NCBI GenBank assembly: GCA_002491195.1
Contig: DKVL01000011.1
Location: 7,254 to 71,253 of the forward strand
Direction: 5' to 3'
DNA length: 64,000 bases
From: Lachnospiraceae bacterium UBA7179
GTDB lineage: Bacteria; Bacillota; Clostridia; Lachnospirales; Lachnospiraceae
The position numbers were made by a program, and so were the translations under genes. The number at the start of each line of letters is the position of its first letter. Position 1 is the first letter of the stretch. The notes beneath the pieces are model-generated. The model saw nothing but the letters and a program-made list of their open reading frames with translations. It was not told the origin of the DNA and did no database searches. Shown piece after piece: positions 20,735 through 29,831 of this stretch.

Positions 20735-23700
20735 TCAGATGAGTCCCCGGCGCAGCTTTTCTACGTGCAATTCCTCATATAACTGGCGCTTTACCTGTTC
20801 CGCAAAGGTTCTTACATCCTCCTTCGCCTTAGTGCTATCCTCCACTTTCTTCAGCTGCTGCTCGACATCCTTCAGTTTCTTGTCAAGCTGTTCCTGCACA
20901 GATTTGAGCTGGGCCGTTTCCTGCTGCATGCGCAGTTCCCTCCTTTGCTGGTCCTCCTCAGACACCGAAGCCGCCTGCGTAGAATATTCCAATTCGCGTG
21001 GCTGATAACTGCTTTCCTGGTGACTCCTATCATAGGGTGTTATCTGCTCATATTCTTTTTCTGATTCCTCATTTGGCATAAGATCATATATATGACTGCT
21101 TATTTCATAGGGTGTCAAGCCATTTACATTGATGTCTGTTTCATAGAGTGCCCGGCCATCTGTATTGATTCCTGTTTCATAGGGTGCCTGGCTATTTGCA
21201 TTAATTTTTATTTCATAAGATATCTGGCCATTTGCATTGATTCCTGTTTCATCGAGTGTCAGACCATTTGCATTGATTCCTGTTTCATCGAAAAGCAGGG
21301 CTGATTCTTCCTTCCTGTAAGTCTGTGGAAGAATTTTCTGCTCTATTTTTCTAATGTCCCTATAGAGAATTAATTGGCGTTGTTTCTCATAATTCTGGAT
21401 ATATTGCACCAGTGTTTGATAAGGTGCGAAAGGCGTTTTTTCTACTTCTGCAACAGCAGCTGGCAGCATCTCTATATTGTCATATGACAGTTTTTGAGCC
21501 ATCATAACCTGCGCCAATTCCCTGACAAATGCCCCGTACTGCTTCACATCCAACTGCCGGACATACTGCAGCAAAGCCTGGACCTGTGGCATTCTGAGCT
21601 GTGCATCTGTGTATGTCAGCTGCACATCAGCCTGGTGATTGATCTGCCCGATCAGACTCTGGAGATGATTCCTTTGATGCGCCATCTGTGTCTGCCCATC
21701 CGCCTTTTGTACATCGTTATAATCAGAAGCAGACACTTCCTGCTGTGGACTGGATATACTGTCATCCGAATCGCGTTCTAGTTGATTCTCCGGGTGGAGC
21801 AGCAATGCCTCTCCCCATTCCCACATAGTTCTATAGGACACCTCCTGTGACTGTCCGTCATTGTCCCTCAGCAGCTTCCAGACAACTTCTTTGTCCCCGA
21901 TTCGCAGCAGCCTTTCAGCAAAGTCTTTATTTTCTATCTGCAGCAGTTTCCCGGCTAATTCTCGATCCTCGATCTGCAGCAGTCTCTCGACGAAGTCCTT
22001 ATTTTCAATCTGCAGCAGTTTCTCGGCTAATTCTCGATCTTCTATCTGTAACAGTCTCCCGGCTAAGTCCTTATTCTCAATCTGCAACAGTTTCTCAGCG
22101 AATTTTCTATCCTCGATCTGTAATAGTTTCTCGACAAAGTCCTCATTTTTTAGCTGCAGCAGTTTCTCAACGAAGTCTCTGTCTTCTACCCTCAGCAATT
22201 TCTCAGCCAGCTCCCTGTTCTCTACCTGCAGCAACCGCCCAGCAAATTCTCTGTCCTCTACCTGCAGCAGTTTCTCAATAAATTTCTTATCCTCTATGCG
22301 CAGCTGATTTTGGACTGGCTCATACGCATTGTCTTGTCTTAATTGCCCTGTATAGTCGATCTTATTATGCAGCACAATTGCATTTGTTTCCTCTATACTG
22401 GAATATTTCTCTTCGTCCGCTGTTTGAGCAACAATAGCCTGCGCTTTTGGTTCCTCATATGACAACTTCTGAAGCTGCGTAATCTGGGCCAGTTCCTTTA
22501 CAAGGACTCCATACTGTTTTTCATCCAATTGCTGGACATACTGCAGCAAGGTCTGAATCTGTGGCGATCTAAGCTGGGCATCCGTGTACACCAGCTGTAT
22601 ATCGGCCTGATGATTGATCTGCCTGATCAGGCTCTGGAGACGATTTCTGTCCTTTGCCATCTCAATCTGACGGCGTATCATCTGTGTCTGAACATCCGCC
22701 TGCTGCGCTTCATCCGTATCAGAAAAGTTCGTTTCCTGCCGTGAAAAAGACAAAACGTCTGCATCTTCCTGTTCCGGCTCCTGTTCTGGATGAAACAACA
22801 ATGTTTCTCCCCACTCCCACAAACTCCTGTACGATATCTCCAACAGTTGCCCGTTGCTATCCTGCGACAGTTGTGAGACAGACTCTTCGTTTTCTGTCTG
22901 CAACAGTTTCCTGGCAATTTCCCTGTCTTCGATCTGCAATAGTCTCTCGGCAATTTCCCTGTCTTCGATCTGCAATAATCTCCTGACAAATTCTCTGTCC
23001 TCGATCTGCAATAGTCTCTTAACAAATTCTTTGTCCTCGATCTGCAATAATTTCCCGGCAATTTCTTTGTCCTTTATTTGCACCAGTCTCTTGGCAAGCT
23101 CCCTGTCCTCGATCTGCAGCAGCCTCTCGACGAGCTCCCTGTCCTCGATCTGCAGTAATCCCCTGGCAAGCTCCCTGTCCTCGATCTGCAGCAGTCTCTC
23201 GGCAAATTCCCTGTCCTCGGTCTGCAATAGTCTCTCAGCAAGCTCCCTGTCCTCTAACCACAATATTCTCTGCGCAAATTCTCTATCCTCTAACTGTAGC
23301 AGTTTCTGTGCAAATTCCATGTCCTCTGTCTGCAGCAGCCTTTCCACAGATCTCTGTTGGCTGCCCTGCATTGGCAACACTGCCGGACTTGTATTTTCCC
23401 TTTTCTGGGAAGATAATTGGACTGACATCCAAACCATCTCCGCCAGAGCATGAATCAGCTGCTCCTTCTGCTGTTCCTCCAACTCACGCATATAGATCAG
23501 TAACTTCTGTATTCTCTCATCCTTAGAAAGCGCTTCCTGCCGGCGCAATATCAATCGTTCTCCGGTTCCATACTGTTTCTCTATATCATGATCCACGATA
23601 TATTGGTCCATCTTCTGAATCAAATGAGTCAGCTCTAACTGTTCTATTTGATTCCATTGATCAGAAGAAAAAGAGCCCTCTTCTGGAAAATCCCTGTCAT

Positions 23701-26137
23701 TGACTGCCCACCCCTGCTGCGTAAGATAAACCTCCAAAAAGGCCTGGCTCCACTCACAAATATTTTGGATTTCCTCCTCTGTCAACTGCTCCTGATGTTG
23801 TTCCCGGAAGATTCGCTCTGCATCCTGCTGCATCGTGCTCGCTTCTGTCTTAAATATCTGATGATAGATCTCCTGATAGGCCTTAGCTGCCTGCATCTGC
23901 TGCTGTTCAATGCGCTCCCTGCGCATCTTTTGCTCATGCTCAAGATTCTGGATCACCTGGTAAGCTCCATCCCACAATACCAGCTGTTCACGCTCTCCAT
24001 ACCCTGACAACGGCTCCTGTATGACATCCACAGAGTTCTCTGTTTCCTCCGCCCTGTCATGATCCTGCACCAATTGCTCTGGATCGATCAGATCAGCAAC
24101 GCCTGCCAAGTCACTCTCTTCCATTAAGACAGCAATCTGCTCCTGCAGATTTTCGCTCGTGTTCTGCTGATACTGGTTCTGCAGAGATCGCATTTTCCTG
24201 GCAAACACCTGCTTGAGCCCCTGCACTGGTTCCACTGCCTGCATCTGCTCCCACACCTGCTGCAAGCCTCCTGAACCCAGATCGTCAATCGAGCGACTCA
24301 TCTCTGCTCTGCTTTTCTTCCATATAACAATCTGTGGATTGACATTTAAAAACTCCACTATCTGCCAATAAAATGAGCGAAACTCGCTTTGTTCCAGCTG
24401 ATACGCCGCCGCAATGAGCTTCTTTTTCGCAGATTGCTTTTGAATCGCTGCCAGAACCCGTCTCATACGTGTGTCTTTCTCCAACTGCTTGATGATCTCT
24501 TTGCACCGGGCTTTTTCAAGCTCTCTGAAATAGGCGATCAACTCTGGTTTCTCCTGCCAGATCAACCGTTCCGCCAACGTTTGGTATTCTGTTTCCAGCA
24601 GAGAATCCAACAGCTCCTTTTCCTGTGTCCGCAGTGTTTCCTGGCTCTGAACATCTTTCTCATACGCCCTGAGCGTATCGCTTTCAGACTGGTGTTCCGC
24701 CCGCTCGATCTGCTCCCACGCCTGCTGCAGCGCCTTTGACTCCATCTGGTCAATAAAATAAAGCATTTCCGCTCTGCTTTCTTTCCATAACACAATCTGT
24801 GGCGCGATATCTTCGCGTTTCATCACCTGATGATAAAACAGACAAAATTCCTTTTGCTCCAGCTTCTCTGCCGCTGTGATGAGCCTCTCCTTCGCTGGCT
24901 GTTCCGAATACAGTGACAAAATCTCACGCATGCGTACGTCTTTTTCCAGTTCCCTGACAATTTCCATACACGGAACTTGTTCGCATTTCCTGAGATATGC
25001 GATCAGTTCCGGCTTCTCCTGCCAGATATTCTTTTCAGATAAAGTCTGATATTCTGTTTCAGACAAAGAATACACCAGTTCTCTTTCGAGCGTCCGCAGC
25101 AATTCCTGATCCAGTCCCTCATCGTCCTGTGTCTGCAAAATATCCTGGACATAGCTGTCATCTTCCTGTACTTGTGACGGATCCTGTTCCAATGGATTGA
25201 TCAGATTTTCGATCTGCCTTTGCAGCTGTTGTAACGTTTCTAAATCCATCTGGTCTATCGTGTGAAGCATCTTCGCTCTGCTTTCTCTCCACAATATCAC
25301 CTGTGGATTGACAGTTTCCAGATCCGTTAACTGATGATAAAACAGACAAAATTCCTTCTGTCCAAACTTCTCTACTGCTGTGATTAATTTTTCCTTCCAT
25401 TTTTCCTTCAAAGACTGACTCGATACCTGCGAAAGGATCTGTTGTATATCCGAATTTTGGTCAATCTCTCTCTCCAATTCTGTGATCATATGCTCACACT
25501 GGGATTCATCCCACTCGTTAAAATACGCAATAAGCTCTGGCTTCTCCTGCCAGATCAGCTCTTCCGCCAGCATCTGATACTCTGTCTCTGTTAAGGAATT
25601 GACAAAATCCCTTTCCATCATCCGCATCGTACTGATGGAATGCACTGTCAGACGCTCCCGCAGCTTCTCAGAAAAAAGAGAAAGCAGACGATACTCCTCT
25701 TTTTGCTTTTCAATCGTCTGATTCGTCTTCTGCCAGTTCTGATAACGCCTGTCGTCTTCCCCTACCTGTTCCAACAGCGTAAAATACTGTCTCACTGTCC
25801 GGTACATTGCAGGATCGGCGCTCTTTAGCTGCACGGTATAATACCGCTCCATTCTCTGCAGACTGTTCTCCATCTGCTTCTGGCCAAGTTTCATCACCGC
25901 AGGCTGCCGCATCAGATTCAATTGCAGCATTTTATTTTTCAGGATCAAATGGAGCAATAGCTGTATTCGTTCTGGCTGCTTCTCCAGCTCCTCCGGCCCG
26001 CCTTTCAGATAAATCAGTTCGATCTTCTTATATTCCGGCGAAGACGTTGGAACATACTTATCCCACAGCTGTTGCAGTATATTTTGTCTGATATGAAGCT
26101 GTACTTTTTGTGAAAAAGGTTTCCGTAATTTTATCAT
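20735..26137 (-). CDS. 1800-aa helical repeat protein, probable tape-measure-like protein
   Basis: Lies between tube 2 and the LysM initiator; Q/E/L-rich coiled coil; C-terminal FAEQVKRQLYEELHVEKLRRG resembles the C-termini of proteins at this CIS position. Confidence 0.65.
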   Translation of the reverse strand: MIKLRKPFSQKVQLHIRQNILQQLWDKYVPTSSPEYKKIELIYLKGGPEELEKQPERIQLLLHLILKNKMLQLNLMRQPAVMKLGQKQMENSLQRMERYYTVQLKSADPAMYRTVRQYFTLLEQVGEDDRRYQNWQKTNQTIEKQKEEYRLLSLFSEKLRERLTVHSISTMRMMERDFVNSLTETEYQMLAEELIWQEKPELIAYFNEWDESQCEHMITELEREIDQNSDIQQILSQVSSQSLKEKWKEKLITAVEKFGQKEFCLFYHQLTDLETVNPQVILWRESRAKMLHTIDQMDLETLQQLQRQIENLINPLEQDPSQVQEDDSYVQDILQTQDDEGLDQELLRTLERELVYSLSETEYQTLSEKNIWQEKPELIAYLRKCEQVPCMEIVRELEKDVRMREILSLYSEQPAKERLITAAEKLEQKEFCLFYHQVMKREDIAPQIVLWKESRAEMLYFIDQMESKALQQAWEQIERAEHQSESDTLRAYEKDVQSQETLRTQEKELLDSLLETEYQTLAERLIWQEKPELIAYFRELEKARCKEIIKQLEKDTRMRRVLAAIQKQSAKKKLIAAAYQLEQSEFRSFYWQIVEFLNVNPQIVIWKKSRAEMSRSIDDLGSGGLQQVWEQMQAVEPVQGLKQVFARKMRSLQNQYQQNTSENLQEQIAVLMEESDLAGVADLIDPEQLVQDHDRAEETENSVDVIQEPLSGYGEREQLVLWDGAYQVIQNLEHEQKMRRERIEQQQMQAAKAYQEIYHQIFKTEASTMQQDAERIFREQHQEQLTEEEIQNICEWSQAFLEVYLTQQGWAVNDRDFPEEGSFSSDQWNQIEQLELTHLIQKMDQYIVDHDIEKQYGTGERLILRRQEALSKDERIQKLLIYMRELEEQQKEQLIHALAEMVWMSVQLSSQKRENTSPAVLPMQGSQQRSVERLLQTEDMEFAQKLLQLEDREFAQRILWLEDRELAERLLQTEDREFAERLLQIEDRELARGLLQIEDRELVERLLQIEDRELAKRLVQIKDKEIAGKLLQIEDKEFVKRLLQIEDREFVRRLLQIEDREIAERLLQIEDREIARKLLQTENEESVSQLSQDSNGQLLEISYRSLWEWGETLLFHPEQEPEQEDADVLSFSRQETNFSDTDEAQQADVQTQMIRRQIEMAKDRNRLQSLIRQINHQADIQLVYTDAQLRSPQIQTLLQYVQQLDEKQYGVLVKELAQITQLQKLSYEEPKAQAIVAQTADEEKYSSIEETNAIVLHNKIDYTGQLRQDNAYEPVQNQLRIEDKKFIEKLLQVEDREFAGRLLQVENRELAEKLLRVEDRDFVEKLLQLKNEDFVEKLLQIEDRKFAEKLLQIENKDLAGRLLQIEDRELAEKLLQIENKDFVERLLQIEDRELAGKLLQIENKDFAERLLRIGDKEVVWKLLRDNDGQSQEVSYRTMWEWGEALLLHPENQLERDSDDSISSPQQEVSASDYNDVQKADGQTQMAHQRNHLQSLIGQINHQADVQLTYTDAQLRMPQVQALLQYVRQLDVKQYGAFVRELAQVMMAQKLSYDNIEMLPAAVAEVEKTPFAPYQTLVQYIQNYEKQRQLILYRDIRKIEQKILPQTYRKEESALLFDETGINANGLTLDETGINANGQISYEIKINANSQAPYETGINTDGRALYETDINVNGLTPYEISSHIYDLMPNEESEKEYEQITPYDRSHQESSYQPRELEYSTQAASVSEEDQQRRELRMQQETAQLKSVQEQLDKKLKDVEQQLKKVEDSTKAKEDVRTFAEQVKRQLYEELHVEKLRRGLI
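21100..21290 (-). repeat. About 5 x 36-bp coding repeats (ETGINANGxxxY)
   Basis: Visible in DNA and translation. Confidence 0.8.
21875..22305 (-). repeat. About 12 x 36-bp coding repeats (LLQIEDRELAEK), block B
   Basis: Visible 12-aa periodicity. Confidence 0.9.
22885..23345 (-). repeat. About 12-13 x 36-bp coding repeats (LLQIEDRELAER), block A
   Basis: Visible 12-aa periodicity. Confidence 0.9.
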
Positions 26138-26158
26138 CTTTTTGTTTCACTATTGATT

Positions 26159-26599
26159 CTATATTCCAAGTTTATTGATCGTTTCTGATAGTCCGTTGTG
26201 AGAAATCTCCACTTTTTTGATCAACAGGCCGCTGCTTGTCGCGTCCAGCGTATCGATCTCCCATTTTGTCACAATTCCCCAGTTTGCCTGGTAAGTCGCC
26301 GTGGGAACCATTCCCTTTTCTGGCATGACCATGATCACGATCCCCTTTGTCAATTCATATCCCGCCGTGAGTGTGGTGCGGGTCAGCTCCCCGCTGGCAA
26401 TACCGTATTCCAGGATCAGTTTGTCCAATGACTGCCGGGGCTTTGGGAGATAATGAACACTGTCATTTACTCCGCCTTCAGCCACCGCCTCAAACTCCAT
26501 CGTGCTGGATATATTGGATACTTTTGAAAATCCCAACGGCATCCCGTTTAAGATCACCTTAAATTTGGTGCGACTTGCAAGATTACTCTGCGCTGCCAT
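26159..26599 (-). CDS. Second, divergent T4 gp19-like tail tube protein (Afp5-like)
   Basis: GFSKVS.I......EGGVN...H.LP.....L.LE.G; EI.H.GL. Confidence 0.85.
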   Translation of the reverse strand: MAAQSNLASRTKFKVILNGMPLGFSKVSNISSTMEFEAVAEGGVNDSVHYLPKPRQSLDKLILEYGIASGELTRTTLTAGYELTKGIVIMVMPEKGMVPTATYQANWGIVTKWEIDTLDATSSGLLIKKVEISHNGLSETINKLGI

Positions 26600-26635
26600 T
26601 TTCTTTCACCTCTATCCATAACAAACCTATAGCCA

Positions 26636-26815
26636 TCATATCTTGAATATATCATTTTTCGGCGGTTCATGACTGACTTTCCGGTTAATCTCTGATATTT
26701 CTTTGCACCAGCGCAGCCGCTCTGCATGTGGAAGATTCAACACATCCTCCCGGCTCCAGTGCACATAATAGGCGATAAAAGCCGCCTCCTCATAAATCTT
26801 GTCCGCCGGATACAT
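26636..26815 (-). CDS. 59-aa DUF6760-like protein (gpT-like half of tail-assembly chaperone)
   Basis: Below ORF-track cutoff; translated by hand: MYPADKIYEEAAFIAYYVHWSREDVLNLPHAERLRWCKEISEINRKVSHEPPKNDIFKI*. Confidence 0.88.
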   Translation of the reverse strand: MYPADKIYEEAAFIAYYVHWSREDVLNLPHAERLRWCKEISEINRKVSHEPPKNDIFKI

Positions 26816-26817
26816 AC

Positions 26818-27186
26818 TTATGGCCCGGCTTCCATAAAATTTATAGGCACTGTGATCTCCTCTCCGCAGTGAGGGCAGACGGTGCGGTAAGAAGGAATCT
26901 CGGCCTGGTTGACCCGCTCATACAGGTCCTGCAGATAGGCAAGATCCGATGTATACAGTCCCTCGATTACTTTTGTATCCACTGCCGGCATTGTTCCCAG
27001 ACTTGTGATTACACGGGACAACAAAATGATCACAAGATACCCCGGATTCTGCTGCACCCTTGGGTCGCGCAGCGGTATGATCTCGTCCGCCGCTGTGGCA
27101 AGGCGCATTTTTCCTTCTTTATGGAGATTTCCTTCCCTGTCCACATACCCTTTGGGCAGAACAAAAGAAAACTCTGTGTCAAACAT
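26818..27186 (-). CDS. Tail-assembly chaperone-like CIS protein with C-terminal CPHC motif
   Basis: TEF.F.LPKGYVD..G.LH..G.MRLATA.DEI.PLRDPRV..N..YL; immediately follows the tube gene. Confidence 0.85.
   Translation of the reverse strand: MFDTEFSFVLPKGYVDREGNLHKEGKMRLATAADEIIPLRDPRVQQNPGYLVIILLSRVITSLGTMPAVDTKVIEGLYTSDLAYLQDLYERVNQAEIPSYRTVCPHCGEEITVPINFMEAGP
26836..26842 (-). other. Candidate -1 ribosomal frameshift site A_AAT_TTT
   Basis: X_XXY_YYZ heptamer in correct phase, 5 codons before the stop; the -1 frame is open into the 26815 ORF. Confidence 0.65.
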
Positions 27187-27245
27187 TTACTGTTTCCCCC
27201 TGTTTTCCTATTACTATTCACTTCATTCCAGTAACATTTTCCTGT

Positions 27246-27279
27246 CAGCTCCGGACAGCTGTGCGCTTCCGGAGCTGGA
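27246..27279 (-). terminator. GC-rich stem-loop just after the tube gene (attenuator or mRNA-stabilising hairpin)
   Basis: CAGCTCCGGA...TCCGGAGCTG inverted repeat; no strong U-tract on the minus strand. Confidence 0.55.
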
Positions 27280-27288
27280 TTTTAATGA

Positions 27289-27714
27289 TTAAGAAACTCT
27301 GGTCATTCCTTCATGGGCAATCTCGATTGACTCAATGGCAACCTCTGAGGTCAACGCATTGAAATCCGGCGCCGTATACTTTGCAGGCCATGCATTGACC
27401 ACCTGCCATGACGCTGTCGCTGTCTCTGTCTCGTCTAAGATTGTAATCGTGATCGTCTTACGCTCTACTTCGCCTTCTACACCTGCGATCATCCATTCGT
27501 ACATTACCATGGAATCCGCCACGCCCTGCTTTAAGGTAATATTTCCATATTTTTTCAATCCCGGAAGCTTCATCGGTGTCTGAACCATATCGCCTTCGCG
27601 GTACTCGATCACATCGATCGAAGCATCGAATCCAGACGCCTCTGAAAAACCTCCGGCCTCTAAACCGTCTATTTCCACCTTGTATCTAAATTTTGCATAT
27701 GGGGTACTAGCCAT
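27289..27714 (-). CDS. Major tail tube protein (T4 gp19-like, Afp1-like)
   Basis: F.VEIDG...GGFSE.SG......IEYREG....KLPG..KY.NITLK.G; W....AWP.KY..P. Confidence 0.96.
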   Translation of the reverse strand: MASTPYAKFRYKVEIDGLEAGGFSEASGFDASIDVIEYREGDMVQTPMKLPGLKKYGNITLKQGVADSMVMYEWMIAGVEGEVERKTITITILDETETATASWQVVNAWPAKYTAPDFNALTSEVAIESIEIAHEGMTRVS

Positions 27715-27754
27715 CTCTTCTCTACGCTCCTTCCTTTATTTTTATCTTACGATT

Positions 27755-29491
27755 TTATACAGAATCGCCTGTCTTCTGCGAAATTCTAAAGATTACAAAT
27801 TCAGCAGGTTTCACTGGTGCAACACCGATCACGCACACAAGTCTTCCATTGTCAATGTCATCCTGGCTCATTGTATTTCTTCCGCAGTCAACGAAAAACG
27901 CCTCTGACGGTGCAGAACCTGCAAGGGCTCCTCCCCTCCAAAGTCCTGTCAGGAATACATCGATCGTCCTCTTTACACGCACCCACAGAACCTCGTCATT
28001 GGGTTCAAATACCGCCCAGTTTGTATTGGCCTTGATGCTCTCCTCAATGAAGATGAACAGACGACGCACGTTAATGTATTTCCAGCTCGGATCACTGCTG
28101 GCTGTCCGCGCACCCCAGACACGGATTCCCTGTCCTGGGAAAGAACGGATCAGATTCACACCCTTCGGATTCAGGATATCCTGCTCGCCCTTGTTGAACT
28201 GGCAGTCTAATCCTACACAGGCACGTACCGTTTCATTTGCAGGTGCTTTATGTACACCTCTTGAATTGTCACTGCGCGCGTAGATTCCGATCACGGATCC
28301 TGATGGTGGAATTGCGATATTCCTCTTGTCCAACGGATCAAATACTTCCAGCCATGGATGATACATCGCTGCATAATTGCTGTCCACAATCTCTCTGTGG
28401 GCAATGATATCGTCCATCTTCTTTGCATCCCTTGGCATATCCAACACTGCAAAGCGGCTGGCAAGATTCTCACAATGAGCAACTAACATCAGCTGCACGT
28501 TGGGATCAACCACTCCTGGAACCGCCATGATAGAAACATTGTCATTGTCCAAAAATGCCTGGATACCTGTCCGTTTTCCTGCGCCCTTATCTGTTCCGAT
28601 AAAGTCAGCCGCACTGATGTTTGCAACAGATCCATTGCTTCCGCCCTTTAATGAAATGACGCAGAAAGCTTTCTCCGGATCTGCTCCGGCAATCTCGTCA
28701 AACGGTGCAACAGCCTCTTCGCTCTTCTCTCCAACATACTCTGCAACGATCAGATCAGACTTTGCTGTCTTCTTCTCGATGTAATTCGGGATCGATACAT
28801 TAAAGGAAAGATTTTCATAGAATTCCACAATGTCGTCATACTTGACTTCCAGATTGAACTCACAGGTGGAAATCACTTTTGTCGGCAGCAGATTCTTATC
28901 TACAACATCCTCCTCAAACTCTTTCTCGAAGACAAGGATATTGTCCTGGCTCTTCACAACACGATTGTACACGACATTGGTCATGTCCTTATATACAACC
29001 ACATCTCCTTCGTTAAAGCCCGCAGAGCTTTTCACTGCATACTGTTTTCCATCTGCCGTCTCAAGCTCTTCTAAAATCTGTGTCTTTGCCTTGCTTGCGG
29101 GTGTCACCACAATACTCATGTTATTGCCCCATAAACCTGGGTTCTTTGCCCGGATCTGCAGCACTGCATCCGTAAGTGGAGCTTTCCCCATCGCAGCCTT
29201 CGCGTCGCTTGGCGCCACGCGGGAGATATAACATCTGGAACCCCCGTTTACAAAAAAGTGCTCTACTGCATAGGAAAGAAAACGATACTCCCCAAACTCA
29301 TTCTCAGAGAGATACCCTCCAAATTTCCTCTTGAAGTCAGCGAAATTGGTAACAAGCTGTGGTACTCCCTCCGCCGGGCCTCTCTCTGCAAGACCGATAA
29401 AACCGGCTGTACTCGTACTAACGCCTTCCATCGGCTTTCCGCCCGAATCAAATTCCTCTACATATACGCCTGGTGATAAATATTCAGCCAT
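27755..29491 (-). CDS. Contractile tail sheath protein
   Basis: MAEYLSPGVYVEE, FF.NGG..CY, PPSG...GIYAR.D..RGVHKAPAN, WGART, YINVRR, WAVFEPN, PVKPAEF. Confidence 0.98.
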   Translation of the reverse strand: MAEYLSPGVYVEEFDSGGKPMEGVSTSTAGFIGLAERGPAEGVPQLVTNFADFKRKFGGYLSENEFGEYRFLSYAVEHFFVNGGSRCYISRVAPSDAKAAMGKAPLTDAVLQIRAKNPGLWGNNMSIVVTPASKAKTQILEELETADGKQYAVKSSAGFNEGDVVVYKDMTNVVYNRVVKSQDNILVFEKEFEEDVVDKNLLPTKVISTCEFNLEVKYDDIVEFYENLSFNVSIPNYIEKKTAKSDLIVAEYVGEKSEEAVAPFDEIAGADPEKAFCVISLKGGSNGSVANISAADFIGTDKGAGKRTGIQAFLDNDNVSIMAVPGVVDPNVQLMLVAHCENLASRFAVLDMPRDAKKMDDIIAHREIVDSNYAAMYHPWLEVFDPLDKRNIAIPPSGSVIGIYARSDNSRGVHKAPANETVRACVGLDCQFNKGEQDILNPKGVNLIRSFPGQGIRVWGARTASSDPSWKYINVRRLFIFIEESIKANTNWAVFEPNDEVLWVRVKRTIDVFLTGLWRGGALAGSAPSEAFFVDCGRNTMSQDDIDNGRLVCVIGVAPVKPAEFVIFRISQKTGDSV

Positions 29492-29510
29492 AATCCTCCA
29501 GCATCAGCAG

Positions 29511-29522
29511 CACTCTACCGCC
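29511..29522 (-). promoter_or_regulatory. ops-like element GGCGGTAGAGTG in the sheath-gene leader
   Basis: Exact match to GGCGGTAGnnTG, about 20 nt upstream of the ATG. Confidence 0.45.
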
Positions 29523-29617
29523 AATGCCCTCTCCTCCTTTCTTTCTTTTAAAGTGTAAAAACTTTTTTCACAACATGCTGTTTTTGTACTAGGTGCTTCT
29601 GCATCTTTACTTTTTCG

Positions 29618-29623
29618 ATTATA
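29618..29623 (-). promoter_or_regulatory. Candidate -10 box (TATAAT) of the CIS operon, with no recognisable -35
   Basis: Perfect TATAAT ~125 nt upstream of the sheath ATG; poor -35 suggests activator dependence. Confidence 0.45.
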
Positions 29624-29692
29624 AAACACAATACTGAACAAAATTCTAAACAATTTTCCTGTTTAGAAATCTTTTTTTACAAAAAATACCTC

Positions 29693-29732
29693 AAAAAATG
29701 CGATTCATGCCAAAAAAATGCGGTTCGTGCCA
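29693..29732. promoter_or_regulatory. Tandem 20-bp direct repeat in the divergent promoter region
   Basis: AAAAAATGCGATTCATGCCA / AAAAAATGCGGTTCGTGCCA. Confidence 0.5.
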
Positions 29733-29831
29733 AACCGCTTTTTTTTTCGTCAAAAACATTTTATAATAACTTCAATTTACATTTCAGAAAAATAATTTAA
29801 AAAGTATATTGATTACAGAAAGATACGCAAT

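Noticed and set aside
21875-23345. 36-bp periodic arrays as CRISPR
   Set aside because: Degenerate in-frame coding repeats without unique spacers; no cas genes.
4752-29491. Prophage tail region
   Set aside because: No capsid, portal, terminase, integrase or replication genes; DUF4255, the Afp15-like ATPase and twin baseplate-J genes indicate a CIS.
29700-29735. sigma-54 promoter (TGGCACG on the minus strand)
   Set aside because: GG-to-GC spacing is 8 nt rather than the required 10.
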